Positions 1 through 9,498 of a stretch of 64,000 bases of DNA are shown here, piece by piece. The stretch's first letter is position 1. Every line of letters begins with the position of its first letter. The notes below the pieces were generated by a model. It was not told where the DNA came from, made no database searches, and was given only the letters and a program-made list of their open reading frames with translations. A program made the translations under genes and the position numbers. The DNA is taken from the NCBI GenBank assembly GCA_965228895.1, contig OZ245842.1, positions 544,001-608,000 on the forward strand. Direction: 5' to 3'. The DNA comes from Alphaproteobacteria bacterium. GTDB lineage: Bacteria > Pseudomonadota > Alphaproteobacteria > SP197.

Positions 1-257
1 GGGTTGTCCGCATCGTACACGCTGACATTGGTGTAGGTCGGGACACTCACTGCGGCCTTGTTGTCGACGAGCCAGCGGAGCAGATCATAGTGCGGCTCAA
101 TAGTGCCGAAGGTTGTGTTGACGTAGGCAGCCTCGATCTCCTGCAACCTTTCGGCCCCGTGCATGTCGCCGGCTTTGATGATCAGGCCGATGGCAAATTC
201 GAGTGCCGGCCCGCGCCGTCCGTCGGCCATGGCCTGTTCGTCTTGCGACAGTCTCAT
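1..257 (-). CDS. Aconitase X catalytic domain protein (DUF521/AcnX family), N-terminal part; runs off the window edge
   Basis: Not in the ORF track; hand translation gives MRLSQDEQAMADGRRGPALEFAIGLIIKAGDMHGAERLQEIEAAYV...VSVPTYTN, typical of AcnX N-termini. Confidence 0.7.
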   Translation of the reverse strand, partial: MRLSQDEQAMADGRRGPALEFAIGLIIKAGDMHGAERLQEIEAAYVNTTFGTIEPHYDLLRWLVDNKAAVSVPTYTNVSVYDADN

Positions 258-300
258 CTGTGCAGATCCTGCGGTCGGCCGCCGGGACTCTAGGTCGCGT

Positions 301-1449
301 TCAGGCCTTCATCGCGGCTTCGACAAGCCGGGCCAGATGCACCGTTCCGCCGTCCCAATAAGGCGAGAAGCGGCCACCGTCATAGGCCGGCGCCTGGCGG
401 CCTTCCTGCAGGCGCCGGCAGATGCCTTCGTCCTCGCCATTCAGAGCGACGTAGTAGTCCATCAGATTCTTACGGGCCGCGGCGTGGGCGTCATCGGTCG
501 CAGCCTCGCCGACAAAATGGGCGTGCACATCGACCCTGGTACGGTCGATCGCCAGGGGCACGACGTGCCAATGAAGCAGGTAGCTGGGGTGGATGCTGAT
601 CATCCAGTTGGGAAAGAACACGCCGAAGAAGGAGAGGTTGATGAGTTCTTCGGTAAGGCCCGGAATCAGCGGCAGGTCTCCGCGCACCTGCTTGCCTGTA
701 TCGGTCGACTGGAACTCCGAGAAGATGAAGGCGCCGCTGCCGACCGAGGACTTGCGCTGGTCGGGGGTCATCATGCTGTCGAGCGTCGGATGAACGGCAA
801 ACACGTGGTAGGTATCGAGAAAGTTCTCGATGGTCAGTTTCCAGTTCGCATCGAAGGTACTGGAAACCGAACCGGCATACCGCATCGCTGACAGGTCATA
901 GCCTTCAGCTTCCTTTTCCAACGGAGCGACATGGTCCGCGAAGGGACCGGCTTGGCCGTCGATGTTGACCAGGATCGCCCCGTTCCACGTCACCAAGGGA
1001 ACCGGAAACAGACCCTCACAGTCGTGGAGTGCTTCGTCGTCCTTGCTGGCGTGTGCACCGGGTCCGAAGAAATGAGCGCGCGATTTCAGCTTGCCGTCCA
1101 GATCAAACGTCCAGGCGTGATAGGGGCAGGTGATCATGGCGGTGCGGGCCTTATCCTCGGTCACAATGCGGGTGCCGCGATGGGGGCAGACATTCTGGAA
1201 CGCCTTGATGTCGCCTGATGCATTGCGCGTGAAGAAGATGGGAACGCCTGCGACTTCAGCCTGCGCCACCGAGCCTTTTTCGGGCACCATGCCCTCGACG
1301 CCGGCAAGAGCCCAGGTGCGTTGAAAAATACGCTGTTTCTCGAGCGCATAGTGAGCGGGGTCTACATAGTAGTCGTTGGGGAGACCGCGATCCGTCGGCG
1401 CTGGCCGTTGCCTGTTCCGTTCGGTGTCGCGGCGTTCAACAACCTTCAT
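301..1449 (-). CDS. Rieske non-heme iron oxygenase alpha subunit (choline monooxygenase/CntA/GbcA-like; probable N-demethylase or C-N cleaving oxygenase)
   Basis: CPHRG...CPYHAW Rieske motif; NWKLTIENFLDTYHVFAVH mononuclear Fe motif; start set at ATG 1449, which follows GGGAGG. Confidence 0.85.
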   Translation of the reverse strand: MKVVERRDTERNRQRPAPTDRGLPNDYYVDPAHYALEKQRIFQRTWALAGVEGMVPEKGSVAQAEVAGVPIFFTRNASGDIKAFQNVCPHRGTRIVTEDKARTAMITCPYHAWTFDLDGKLKSRAHFFGPGAHASKDDEALHDCEGLFPVPLVTWNGAILVNIDGQAGPFADHVAPLEKEAEGYDLSAMRYAGSVSSTFDANWKLTIENFLDTYHVFAVHPTLDSMMTPDQRKSSVGSGAFIFSEFQSTDTGKQVRGDLPLIPGLTEELINLSFFGVFFPNWMISIHPSYLLHWHVVPLAIDRTRVDVHAHFVGEAATDDAHAAARKNLMDYYVALNGEDEGICRRLQEGRQAPAYDGGRFSPYWDGGTVHLARLVEAAMKA

Positions 1450-1518
1450 GGATCCATCCTCCCGGTACCGAAGAGAGCGCATTTCAAGCATGGCAGGGGT
1501 GTGATCATTAGGCAATAA

Positions 1519-1537
1519 GATTTATCAGTAGTAAATC
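1519..1537. promoter_or_regulatory. Palindromic operator GATTTA-N7-TAAATC, probably for the adjacent XRE regulator
   Basis: Inverted repeat in a divergent intergenic region; a related copy lies at 4486-4502. Confidence 0.5.
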
Positions 1538-1613
1538 ATGTGTTTCTCTGTCGAGGGCCATGGTTCAATGCGTCGCGCACAACCGGCAGTCCGCTGCAGG
1601 AGATAACCCAGGC

Positions 1614-2321
1614 ATGCCTGCATCATCAGCCCCGAAGCGGGCACGTAAGGCCAAGACCAAGGCCAAAACTGCAGTTTCGGCAAAGGAAGACGACCTGGTA
1701 AGCGTCGCGGCGGAACGTCTCGACAGCCTTGATGAGTCACCGGATCTGAAATCGGCCGTTGGCCAGGAAGTGCGCTTTTGGCGCGACCAGCGTGGACTGA
1801 CCGGCGCCAAGCTGGCCAAGCTATCGGGTGTTTCCGCGGGCATGCTGACCAAGATCGAGAAAGGCGATGTGGCGCCATCGATCCAGACCCTGGTGAAGAT
1901 TTCCGAAGCCCTGGATGTGCCGGCATCGATGTTCTTTCACCGCCTGCAAAAGCGCCCCTATGTCTCTTTTGTGCCGGCCGGCAAGGGCCTGAAGACCGAC
2001 AGGCGGGGCACCCGCGGCAATCAGATCTACGAGTTGGTTGGCCACAACATCGGCCACACGATCGGGATCGAACCCTTCCTTGTGACGGTCGATGACCGGT
2101 CTGAACCGTTCCCCATGTTGCAGGAGGAAGGTTACAAGTTCCTCCACATGATGGAGGGCGAGGTCGTCTATCGCGTGGGTCAGCGGAAGTTTCCCCTGAA
2201 ACCCGGCGACAGCCTGACCTTTGACGCCATGGCGCCGCACGGCGTCGACAAACTGATCAAGGTTCCCGCGCACTGGCTTTCCATCGCCATCTTTCCGCGC
2301 TTCGAGCACAACGGGCGCTAG
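1614..2321 (+). CDS. XRE-family HTH regulator with C-terminal cupin domain
   Basis: HTH GLTGAKLAKLSGVSAGMLTKIEKG..PSIQTL; cupin EGEVVY...LKPGDSLTFDAMAPH; AGGAG before ATG 1614. Confidence 0.9.
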   Translation: MPASSAPKRARKAKTKAKTAVSAKEDDLVSVAAERLDSLDESPDLKSAVGQEVRFWRDQRGLTGAKLAKLSGVSAGMLTKIEKGDVAPSIQTLVKISEALDVPASMFFHRLQKRPYVSFVPAGKGLKTDRRGTRGNQIYELVGHNIGHTIGIEPFLVTVDDRSEPFPMLQEEGYKFLHMMEGEVVYRVGQRKFPLKPGDSLTFDAMAPHGVDKLIKVPAHWLSIAIFPRFEHNGR

Positions 2322-2452
2322 AGCAGATCCCTTTTTGATGGAATCGCTTTGCGATGCGATCAAGACGGGTGAATCTGCTCTATTCATAGAAAAGAGCGGA
2401 TTCACGTCGTTAGCTGGAACCGTTGCGCGGCTCCAGCCAACAACGATCCGCT

Positions 2453-4438
2453 CTAAATCTCGGAGGCGACTTCGAGGCCTTCCAGGACGGCTTCCTCTGC
2501 GGTGCGCGCGGCGAGGCAGTCGCCGATCATGTGGACGTCGCCTTCGTAACCTTCCAGTTCGTGTTCCAAGTCCTGCACGGGCACATGGCCCTGCGAAACA
2601 ATCAGCGTGTCCATTTCGTCCAGGATGATCGCCTCGCCGCTTGCCATGTGCTGGAAGTAGGCGCTGGTGGCATCGGCGCCGAAGAGGCGCGCCAGCGGCA
2701 CCAGGTCGACGCCCAGTTTGTGGAGCGTGCCCAGCCAGACATCGCGGGTGTAGCGCGGGATCATCTCGCCGGCGATGTGGCCGGTCGAGGCGAGACGGAC
2801 ATGACAGCCATCGCGCGCGAGCTTTTCGGCGAGACCTAGCCCGATCCAGTCGCAGCGCCAGTCGGCAATGACGACACGACGTCCTGTGTTGGCGCCCTGC
2901 AAAACCTGCCAGGGGTCGAGGACGTGGGCTTCGTCGATGCCGTCAAAATCCGGTCGATGAACCGTCGCGCCGGTGGCGATGATGACGGCGTCGGGCTGCT
3001 CGTCTTCGACCAAGGCGCGATCCACCTTCCGGCCTTTGACGACGCGGACACCGGTCAGCTCCATTTCGCGTGTGAGGTTGGTGACAATGCCGCCGAACTC
3101 CGCGCGAGCCGGCAACAACTGCGCCAGCAGGGCCTGTCCGCCCAGGCGATCGGAGGCCTCAAAGAGTGTGACATCGTGCCCCCGTTCGGCGGCGACGGCG
3201 GCGGCTTTCATGCCACCGGGACCGCCGCCCGCGATCAGCACTTTCCTGCGCTGCGCTGCCGGCCGGCGCTCTCCATAGGTCAGCTCGCGCCCGGTTTCGG
3301 GGTGCTGGATGCACGAGACGCCGAGGCCCCGGTGCATCCGATCGATGCAGGCTTGGTTACAGGCGATGCAGATACGGACGTCGTCCAGCCTGCCTTGCGT
3401 CACCTTGTCCGGCATGTCGGGGTCGCAGATCATGGCGCGGGTCATGCCGACGAGGTCGGCCTGCCCCGTGGCAAGCACCTGCTCGGCGGTCGGTGCATGG
3501 TTGATGCGTCCGACAGTGATCACCGGCTGTCTGACATGCTGTTTGAGGGCTGCGGCGAAGGGCGCGGTGAGCGCCATGTCGGTTCCCATCGGCGGCACGA
3601 TGAAGGTCGCGGCACCTATCTGGCGCGACGAGCCGGAGGTCACGTTGAAGTAGTCGAGCCCGCCGGCCGGACCCGCCGCACGGCAGATGTCGATGACATC
3701 GCCGGCTTCCAAACCATCGGTCGTGAATTCGTCGCCCGAGATGCGCATGCCCATCGCCATATCAGGGCCGATCCTGGTTCGCACGGCATCGACAATCTCG
3801 AGCAGGAGACGCATGCGGTTCTCGAACGATCCACCGTAGGCGTCGGTGCGCCGGTTGATCCGGGGGCTGAGGAACTGCGCGACGAGATAGCCGTGGCTGG
3901 CGGCGATCTCGACGCCATCCATGCCGGCTCTTTTGCAGCGTTCGGCCGCATCGGCATAAGCCGTGATGATTTCGCGGATCATCGACAGCGGCATTTCCCG
4001 GGCGGCGGTGTGGTAGCGTTCCGATGGCGCGACGGAAGGGCCATAGGCGACGGCGCGGCGGCCGTCTCGGCCGAAGGTCTGTTCCAACCCCAGGTGGAAG
4101 AGCTGGCCAAAGAGTGCGCAGCCGTGATGGTGGAGACGGTCGGCCAGACGCTGGAACGACGGTACGGCCCGATCGTCGCTGATGACCAGATGGGCGCTCT
4201 CAGCGACGGTGCTTTCGACAACCATGGCTGCTTCGGTGATGATGAGACCCGCGCCCCCCGCCGCCCGCGCCTCGTGATAGGCGAGCAGTCGGTCGCCGAC
4301 CTCATGGTTCTCCACCAGGCGCGTGCCGTGGCCCGAGGAGACGATGCGGTTGCGCAGGACCGCGTTGTTGATGGTGATCGGCGAGAGAAGGTGGGGGAAC
4401 TGTTCGGGGGCCTGGTTCATTTGGATTTGCCTCGGCAT
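2453..4438 (-). CDS. NADH:flavin oxidoreductase, OYE/TMADH family with 4Fe-4S and FAD domains (DgcA/N-methylproline demethylase-like)
   Basis: NRIVSSGH, HGYLVAQFLSP, CIACNQAC cluster motif, GGGPGG Rossmann fold. Confidence 0.85.
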   Translation of the reverse strand: MPRQIQMNQAPEQFPHLLSPITINNAVLRNRIVSSGHGTRLVENHEVGDRLLAYHEARAAGGAGLIITEAAMVVESTVAESAHLVISDDRAVPSFQRLADRLHHHGCALFGQLFHLGLEQTFGRDGRRAVAYGPSVAPSERYHTAAREMPLSMIREIITAYADAAERCKRAGMDGVEIAASHGYLVAQFLSPRINRRTDAYGGSFENRMRLLLEIVDAVRTRIGPDMAMGMRISGDEFTTDGLEAGDVIDICRAAGPAGGLDYFNVTSGSSRQIGAATFIVPPMGTDMALTAPFAAALKQHVRQPVITVGRINHAPTAEQVLATGQADLVGMTRAMICDPDMPDKVTQGRLDDVRICIACNQACIDRMHRGLGVSCIQHPETGRELTYGERRPAAQRRKVLIAGGGPGGMKAAAVAAERGHDVTLFEASDRLGGQALLAQLLPARAEFGGIVTNLTREMELTGVRVVKGRKVDRALVEDEQPDAVIIATGATVHRPDFDGIDEAHVLDPWQVLQGANTGRRVVIADWRCDWIGLGLAEKLARDGCHVRLASTGHIAGEMIPRYTRDVWLGTLHKLGVDLVPLARLFGADATSAYFQHMASGEAIILDEMDTLIVSQGHVPVQDLEHELEGYEGDVHMIGDCLAARTAEEAVLEGLEVASEI

Positions 4439-4466
4439 AGTCGTCTATCAAACGATGACAGCATGC

Positions 4467-4502
4467 TTGACTAAAAAGCAAGAATATTTACTATTACGAA
4501 AT
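4467..4502 (+). promoter_or_regulatory. Putative sigma70 promoter (TTGACT...TACTAT) overlapped by operator ATTTACTATTACGAAAT
   Basis: -35/-10-like hexamers 16 bp apart; operator matches the reverse complement of 1520-1536 at 13/17 positions. Confidence 0.45.
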
Positions 4503-4548
4503 CAATCACTTGTCGCGCCGGCGTAGACCGGCGTCCGGGTCTTGCCGC

Positions 4549-6621
4549 ATGAGCCGTGATCCCAGCCATGACGTCCTTTTTGAGCCGATTCAGATCGGAC
4601 CGGTGACTGCGCCCAACCGTTTTTACCAGACACCTCAGTGCAGCGGCATGGGCCGCAACCACCCGTCGCCCTGGATCAGGATGCGCGAGATCAAGGCCGA
4701 GGGCGGCTGGGGTGTGGTGTTCGCCGAACAGTGCGACATCCACCACAGCACCGATAACACGCGCAACGTGCGGCTATGGGATGAACAGGACATCCCCCTG
4801 CTGGCCAGCATGGTCAAGGCGGTACACGCCCATGGCAGTCTCGCCGGGCTGATGCTGGCGCATAACGGGTTCGTCACGCCCAACCTGATCGGCCGTGAGA
4901 TCCCGCTGGCGCCATCGTGCATCCCCTCTTTTGGTGTCGTTCCCAGCCATGCCCGTGCGCTCGACAAGGCCGATATCAAGACGCTTCGCAAGGTTCATCG
5001 CACCGCCGCGCGCAACGCCCAAAAGGCCGGGTTTGACATCATCAATGTCTACGCCGGTCACAACCTGGCGCTTCCCATGCATTTCCTCGCCCGTCGCTAC
5101 AACCAGCGCACGGACGAATATGGCGGCAGTCTCGAAAACCGCGTGCGGTTCCTGCGCGAACTGATCGAGGACACCAAGGATGCGGTGGGCGACACCTGTG
5201 CCGTGGGCGTGCGCCTATCCGTCGATGAGATGATGGGTCCTGGCGGTCTTACCTGCGAGGGCGAGGGCCGTGATGTCGTCGCCATGCTGGCGGACCTTCC
5301 CGATCTCTGGGACGTCAACGTGTCGTCCTGGGCGTGGGACTCGATCACCTCGCGGTTCGGCGAGGAAGGGTCGCAGGAAGACAAGGTATCGTTCGTCAAA
5401 CAGGTGACGAGCCGTCCCGTGGTCGGGGTCGGCCGGTTCACCAGCCCCGACACGATGGCATCGCAGATCAGACGCGGTGTTCTCGACATCATCGGCGCGG
5501 CGCGGCCGACCATTGCCGATCCCTTTCTGCCAAAGAAGATCGAGGAAGGAAGGCCTGAAGATGTTCGCGAGTGCATCGGCTGTAACATCTGCACCACGAA
5601 CAACTATCTGATGGCCCCGATCCGCTGCACCCAGAACCCGACCATGGGGGAGGAGTGGCGGCGCGGTTGGCATCCCGAACGCATGCCGGCAGCCGACACC
5701 GACGATCGCATCCTGATTGTCGGCAGCGGACCAGCCGGCCTGGAAGCTGCTCGCGCGCTGGGGCAGCGCGGATACCCCGTCATGCTGGCAGAGGGCCGTG
5801 ATGAACTGGGCGGCAGGATCAGCCGGGAGGCAAGACTACCGGGTCTTTCCGCCTGGGCGCGGGTGCGCGACTGGCGGCTGGGTCAGATTGCCAAGATGCC
5901 CCATGTGGAGGTCTATCCGGGCAGCACGATGACGCCGGCGGATGTTCAGGCGGCGGACTGCAGTCTGGTGGGTGTAGCGACAGGTGCGGTCTGGCGGCGT
6001 GATGGTATCGGACGTTATCACACGGCCCCCATTCCCGGTTCCGAGGCGGAGCATGTCTTTACGCCCGACGATATGATGGATGGGGCTAAACCGAACGGTC
6101 ATGTCGTGATCTGGGATGACGATCACTTCTATATGGCCGGCGTCATGGCGGAGGCTCTCGTCAATGTGGGGCACGAGGTCACGATCGTGACGCCCCAGGC
6201 GTCGACCGCGAGCTTCACCCAGTTCACCCTGGAACTTGATCATATCCATCGCAGATTGGCGCGGCTGGGCGTCGAGATCATGGGGTATCACGCCCTCGCG
6301 CAGATCAGTGAAGGCGAGGTGGTGGTGAAGAACGTGCACGGCGGACCGGAGCGGCCGCTTGCCTGCGACAGTGTTCTGATGGTGGCGGGCATGACGCCCA
6401 GCGATGGCCTTGTTCGTGAATTGGCGAACAGAAACGGCGGTCCGCGCGTGGTTGCCTTCGGCGATTGTCTGGCGCCCTCTATCATCGCCACGGCGGTTTA
6501 CGGTGGTCACCGTTTCGCACGCAATCTCACGATGAGCCTCGACGAAACGGCCGACTTCTTGCGCGAGGACGTAGCGATTGCTGATGGCGTCCCGGTCCGC
6601 CAGACAATGGCGGCGGATTGA
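4549..6621 (+). CDS. Trimethylamine/dimethylamine/histamine dehydrogenase-family flavoprotein
   Basis: MSRDPSHDVLFEPIQIGP..NRFYQTPQC resembles the TMADH N-terminus including the FMN-linking Cys; VYAGH; RECIGCNIC..C. Confidence 0.85.
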   Translation: MSRDPSHDVLFEPIQIGPVTAPNRFYQTPQCSGMGRNHPSPWIRMREIKAEGGWGVVFAEQCDIHHSTDNTRNVRLWDEQDIPLLASMVKAVHAHGSLAGLMLAHNGFVTPNLIGREIPLAPSCIPSFGVVPSHARALDKADIKTLRKVHRTAARNAQKAGFDIINVYAGHNLALPMHFLARRYNQRTDEYGGSLENRVRFLRELIEDTKDAVGDTCAVGVRLSVDEMMGPGGLTCEGEGRDVVAMLADLPDLWDVNVSSWAWDSITSRFGEEGSQEDKVSFVKQVTSRPVVGVGRFTSPDTMASQIRRGVLDIIGAARPTIADPFLPKKIEEGRPEDVRECIGCNICTTNNYLMAPIRCTQNPTMGEEWRRGWHPERMPAADTDDRILIVGSGPAGLEAARALGQRGYPVMLAEGRDELGGRISREARLPGLSAWARVRDWRLGQIAKMPHVEVYPGSTMTPADVQAADCSLVGVATGAVWRRDGIGRYHTAPIPGSEAEHVFTPDDMMDGAKPNGHVVIWDDDHFYMAGVMAEALVNVGHEVTIVTPQASTASFTQFTLELDHIHRRLARLGVEIMGYHALAQISEGEVVVKNVHGGPERPLACDSVLMVAGMTPSDGLVRELANRNGGPRVVAFGDCLAPSIIATAVYGGHRFARNLTMSLDETADFLREDVAIADGVPVRQTMAAD

Positions 6622-6623
6622 CC

Positions 6624-7760
6624 ATGGCTGAACGCGCGCTCCCTCTGGCCGGCCACAAGGTCATCGAGATCGGTTCCTCGGTGGCCGCACCCTATGCCGC
6701 CTGGATCCTGGGCATGCTGGGTGCTGACGTCGTCAAGGTCGAGAACCCGGAAGGGGGCGACGATGCCCGGCGTTGGGGACGTATGTTCCCCGACGGCCGC
6801 TCGTCGTTTTTCCTGGCGCTGAACGCCAACAAGAAGTCGGTCACGGTGGACCTCAAGAACGAGGCCGAACGGACATGGCTGGCTGATACCTGCGCGGGTG
6901 CCGATGTCGTGATCCAGAACATGCGCCCGGGCAAGGTGGCACAGTATGGGCTGGACGGTGTCACGCTGGTCGGACGCAATCCGGGACTGGTCTATTGCAA
7001 CCTCGGCGCCTTTGGCGCTGTCGGTCCCAACAAGGACAAGCCCGGTTACGACCCGCTGATGCAGGCCGCGGGCGGGATCATGAGCCTGACCGGTGAGCCC
7101 GACCGGCCGCCGGTGCGGGTCGGCGTGTCGATTGTCGATCAGGGCACGGGCATGTGGTGCGCCATCGGGATCCTGTCGGCCCTCTACCAGCGCAAGGATA
7201 CGGGCAGAGGCTGCCTCGTCGATGCCTCGCTCTATGAGACCGCCGTGGCGTGGACGACAAACCAGTCGGCCATGGTCCGGGTCGACGGGCGGAATCCTGA
7301 AAAGGCGGGTTCCGGCGCCCGCGGCATGGCGCCCTATCAGGCTTACGAATGCAGCGACGGCTGGCTGGTCGTGAGTGCGCCCAATGATCGCCTGTTCGAG
7401 CGCCTGTCGAACGCTTTGGGGCATACCGATTGGCCGTCGGACGAACGCTTCTCGTCCAACCAAAAACGCTACGCCAACCTCGCAGCGCTCAACGATCTGC
7501 TGATGCCGATCCTGGCCGGTGAAACGCGCGCGCACTGGATGAACGTCCTGGAGGCTGCGGGTGTTCCCTGCGCGCCGGTGCGCGAAATCACCGAGATGCT
7601 GGCCGACCCGCAGACCGAAGCGCTTGGTATCGTGCAACAGATGGCAGGCAGTTCGATGCCGCTGATGGGATTGCCGCTGAGTTTCGATGGTCAACGTCCG
7701 CCACAGCGGTCCGCGCCGCCCGATCTGGGTGAACACAACGACCTGAAGGAGACATCGTGA
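6624..7760 (+). CDS. Family III CoA-transferase (CaiB/BaiF)
   Basis: PLAGHKVIE, GADVVKVENP.GGDDAR, NANKKSVTVDLK, GYD catalytic Asp. Confidence 0.92.
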   Translation: MAERALPLAGHKVIEIGSSVAAPYAAWILGMLGADVVKVENPEGGDDARRWGRMFPDGRSSFFLALNANKKSVTVDLKNEAERTWLADTCAGADVVIQNMRPGKVAQYGLDGVTLVGRNPGLVYCNLGAFGAVGPNKDKPGYDPLMQAAGGIMSLTGEPDRPPVRVGVSIVDQGTGMWCAIGILSALYQRKDTGRGCLVDASLYETAVAWTTNQSAMVRVDGRNPEKAGSGARGMAPYQAYECSDGWLVVSAPNDRLFERLSNALGHTDWPSDERFSSNQKRYANLAALNDLLMPILAGETRAHWMNVLEAAGVPCAPVREITEMLADPQTEALGIVQQMAGSSMPLMGLPLSFDGQRPPQRSAPPDLGEHNDLKETS

Positions 7761-8551
7761 GAGACGATTTCGAAACCCTGAAGGTTGAACGGATCGACGA
7801 CCACATCCTTGTGGTCACGCTCAACCGGCCGGAAGTCCGCAACGCGACGAACACGCAGATGGGGCTGGAGAGGCTGGAGCTGTTCCAGGGACTCTACGTC
7901 GATCAGAAGGACGTACGCTGCGTGGTCCTGACGGGGGCAGGCGACAAGGCGTTCAGCGCTGGGGGCGATCTTAAGGAACGCAAGGGCATGTCGGATGCCG
8001 ACTGGCGCCGCCAGCATGCGATCTTTGAGCAGGGCGCGATCGCCCTAAAACAGTGTCCGGTCCCGGTGATCGCGGCGGTCAACGGTGCCGCCTATGGCGG
8101 CGGATGTGAGACCGTCCTGTCTTGCGACTTCGTTTATGCCGTGCGCGGCGCACGATTTGCCCTGACGGAAGTCACCATCGGCATTCTGCCGGGAACGATG
8201 GGAACCCAGCAGATGCCGCGCGCGGTGGGTGAACGCCGGGCCAAAGAAATCCTGATGACAGGCAGACCGTTCAGTGCTGAGGAAGCGCATGACTGGGGGC
8301 TGGTCAACAAGCTGTGCGAACCGGAATCGCTGATCGATGACACGCTGGAAACCGCACGCGTGATTGCCGGCAACGCGCCGCTTGCCGTGCAGCGCATCAA
8401 ACGCGCGGCGGGCGTGGCGGGCGAAATCGACATTTCCAGCGGTTTCCAGTTTGAGTTGGAAGCCTACAACCGCCTGGTTGGGACGGAAGACCGCCGCGAA
8501 GGTGTTCTGGCCTTCAACGAAAAACGCAAACCCCGCTTCAAGGGTCAGTGA
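7757..8551 (+). CDS. Enoyl-CoA hydratase/isomerase
   Basis: AFSAGGDLKE, PVIAAVNGAAYGGGCE, LTEVTIG (both catalytic Glu present). Confidence 0.92.
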   Translation: MRDDFETLKVERIDDHILVVTLNRPEVRNATNTQMGLERLELFQGLYVDQKDVRCVVLTGAGDKAFSAGGDLKERKGMSDADWRRQHAIFEQGAIALKQCPVPVIAAVNGAAYGGGCETVLSCDFVYAVRGARFALTEVTIGILPGTMGTQQMPRAVGERRAKEILMTGRPFSAEEAHDWGLVNKLCEPESLIDDTLETARVIAGNAPLAVQRIKRAAGVAGEIDISSGFQFELEAYNRLVGTEDRREGVLAFNEKRKPRFKGQ

Positions 8552-8552
8552 T

Positions 8553-9497
8553 ATGAGCACCATCGATGTCATCGTGCAGGAAGTCGGCCCCCGTGACGGC
8601 CTGCAGAACGTCGCGCAGGTGATGCCGACCGAGGCCAAGCTGGCGTGGATCGGGGCGGTCGCCGAGGCCGGTGTGCCGCAGATCCAAGTCGGCAGTTTCG
8701 TGCCGCCCAAACTGATGCCGCAACTGGCCGATACGGCCGACGTGGTCCGCTGGACACGGGAAAACTGGCCGGATGTCGCCATGTCCGTGCTGGTGCCGAA
8801 CCTGAAGGGGGCGGAGCTGGCGTTGCCGCACCGGCCTGACCAGATCGCTTTTGTCATGTCCGCTTCGGCCGCCCACAACGAACGCAATGTCCGCCGCTCA
8901 GTCGAGGAATCGCTGGCAGACTTTCGTCGCATCGTCGCCCATCGCGATGCCGTCGATCCCGAACGACGGACCATCGTTTCCGGCGGTATCGCCACCGCCT
9001 TCGGCTGCACAATTCAAGGTGAGGTGCCGGAAGCCGAAGTCCTTCGCTTGGCTCAGGCCCTGGCAGAAGCTGGGGCGGACAGGATCGGCATCGCTGACAC
9101 GGTGGGCTACGGCAACCCCGAACAGGTTCGACGAATCTTCACGGCGGTCCGCGACGTGGTCGGACCCGACGTCAGGCTTGGCGCACATTTTCACGACACA
9201 CGCGGCCTGGGATTGGCGAACGTCTACGCCGCGTTGGAAGCCGGTGTGCGCCAGTTCGATGGCGGCATGGGCGGATTGGGTGGCTGCCCCCATGCGCCGG
9301 GCGCCACGGGAAACATCGTGACGGAGGATCTTGTCTTCATGCTCGAATCCATGGGGCTGAAGACCGGGATCGACCTGGACAGACTGGTCGCGGCCCGTGG
9401 CGTCATGGAGCGCAACCTGCCGGGCGAACCAACCTTCGGCACGTTCGTGAAGGTCGGGGTGCCGAAGGGTTTTATTCCCGCCAGCAGGGTGGCCTGA
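8553..9497 (+). CDS. HMG-CoA lyase family protein (possibly a citramalyl-CoA lyase)
   Basis: EVGPRDGLQN, HFHDTRG, GGCPHAPGATGN; ATG 8553 coupled to the upstream stop. Confidence 0.9.
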   Translation: MSTIDVIVQEVGPRDGLQNVAQVMPTEAKLAWIGAVAEAGVPQIQVGSFVPPKLMPQLADTADVVRWTRENWPDVAMSVLVPNLKGAELALPHRPDQIAFVMSASAAHNERNVRRSVEESLADFRRIVAHRDAVDPERRTIVSGGIATAFGCTIQGEVPEAEVLRLAQALAEAGADRIGIADTVGYGNPEQVRRIFTAVRDVVGPDVRLGAHFHDTRGLGLANVYAALEAGVRQFDGGMGGLGGCPHAPGATGNIVTEDLVFMLESMGLKTGIDLDRLVAARGVMERNLPGEPTFGTFVKVGVPKGFIPASRVA

Positions 9498-9498
9498 G

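Noticed and set aside
2924-4474. Long antisense ORFs (also 43232-45046, 49294-51012, 37430-39001, 6507-7736)
   Set aside because: Shadow frames of well-supported genes in GC-rich DNA; no motifs
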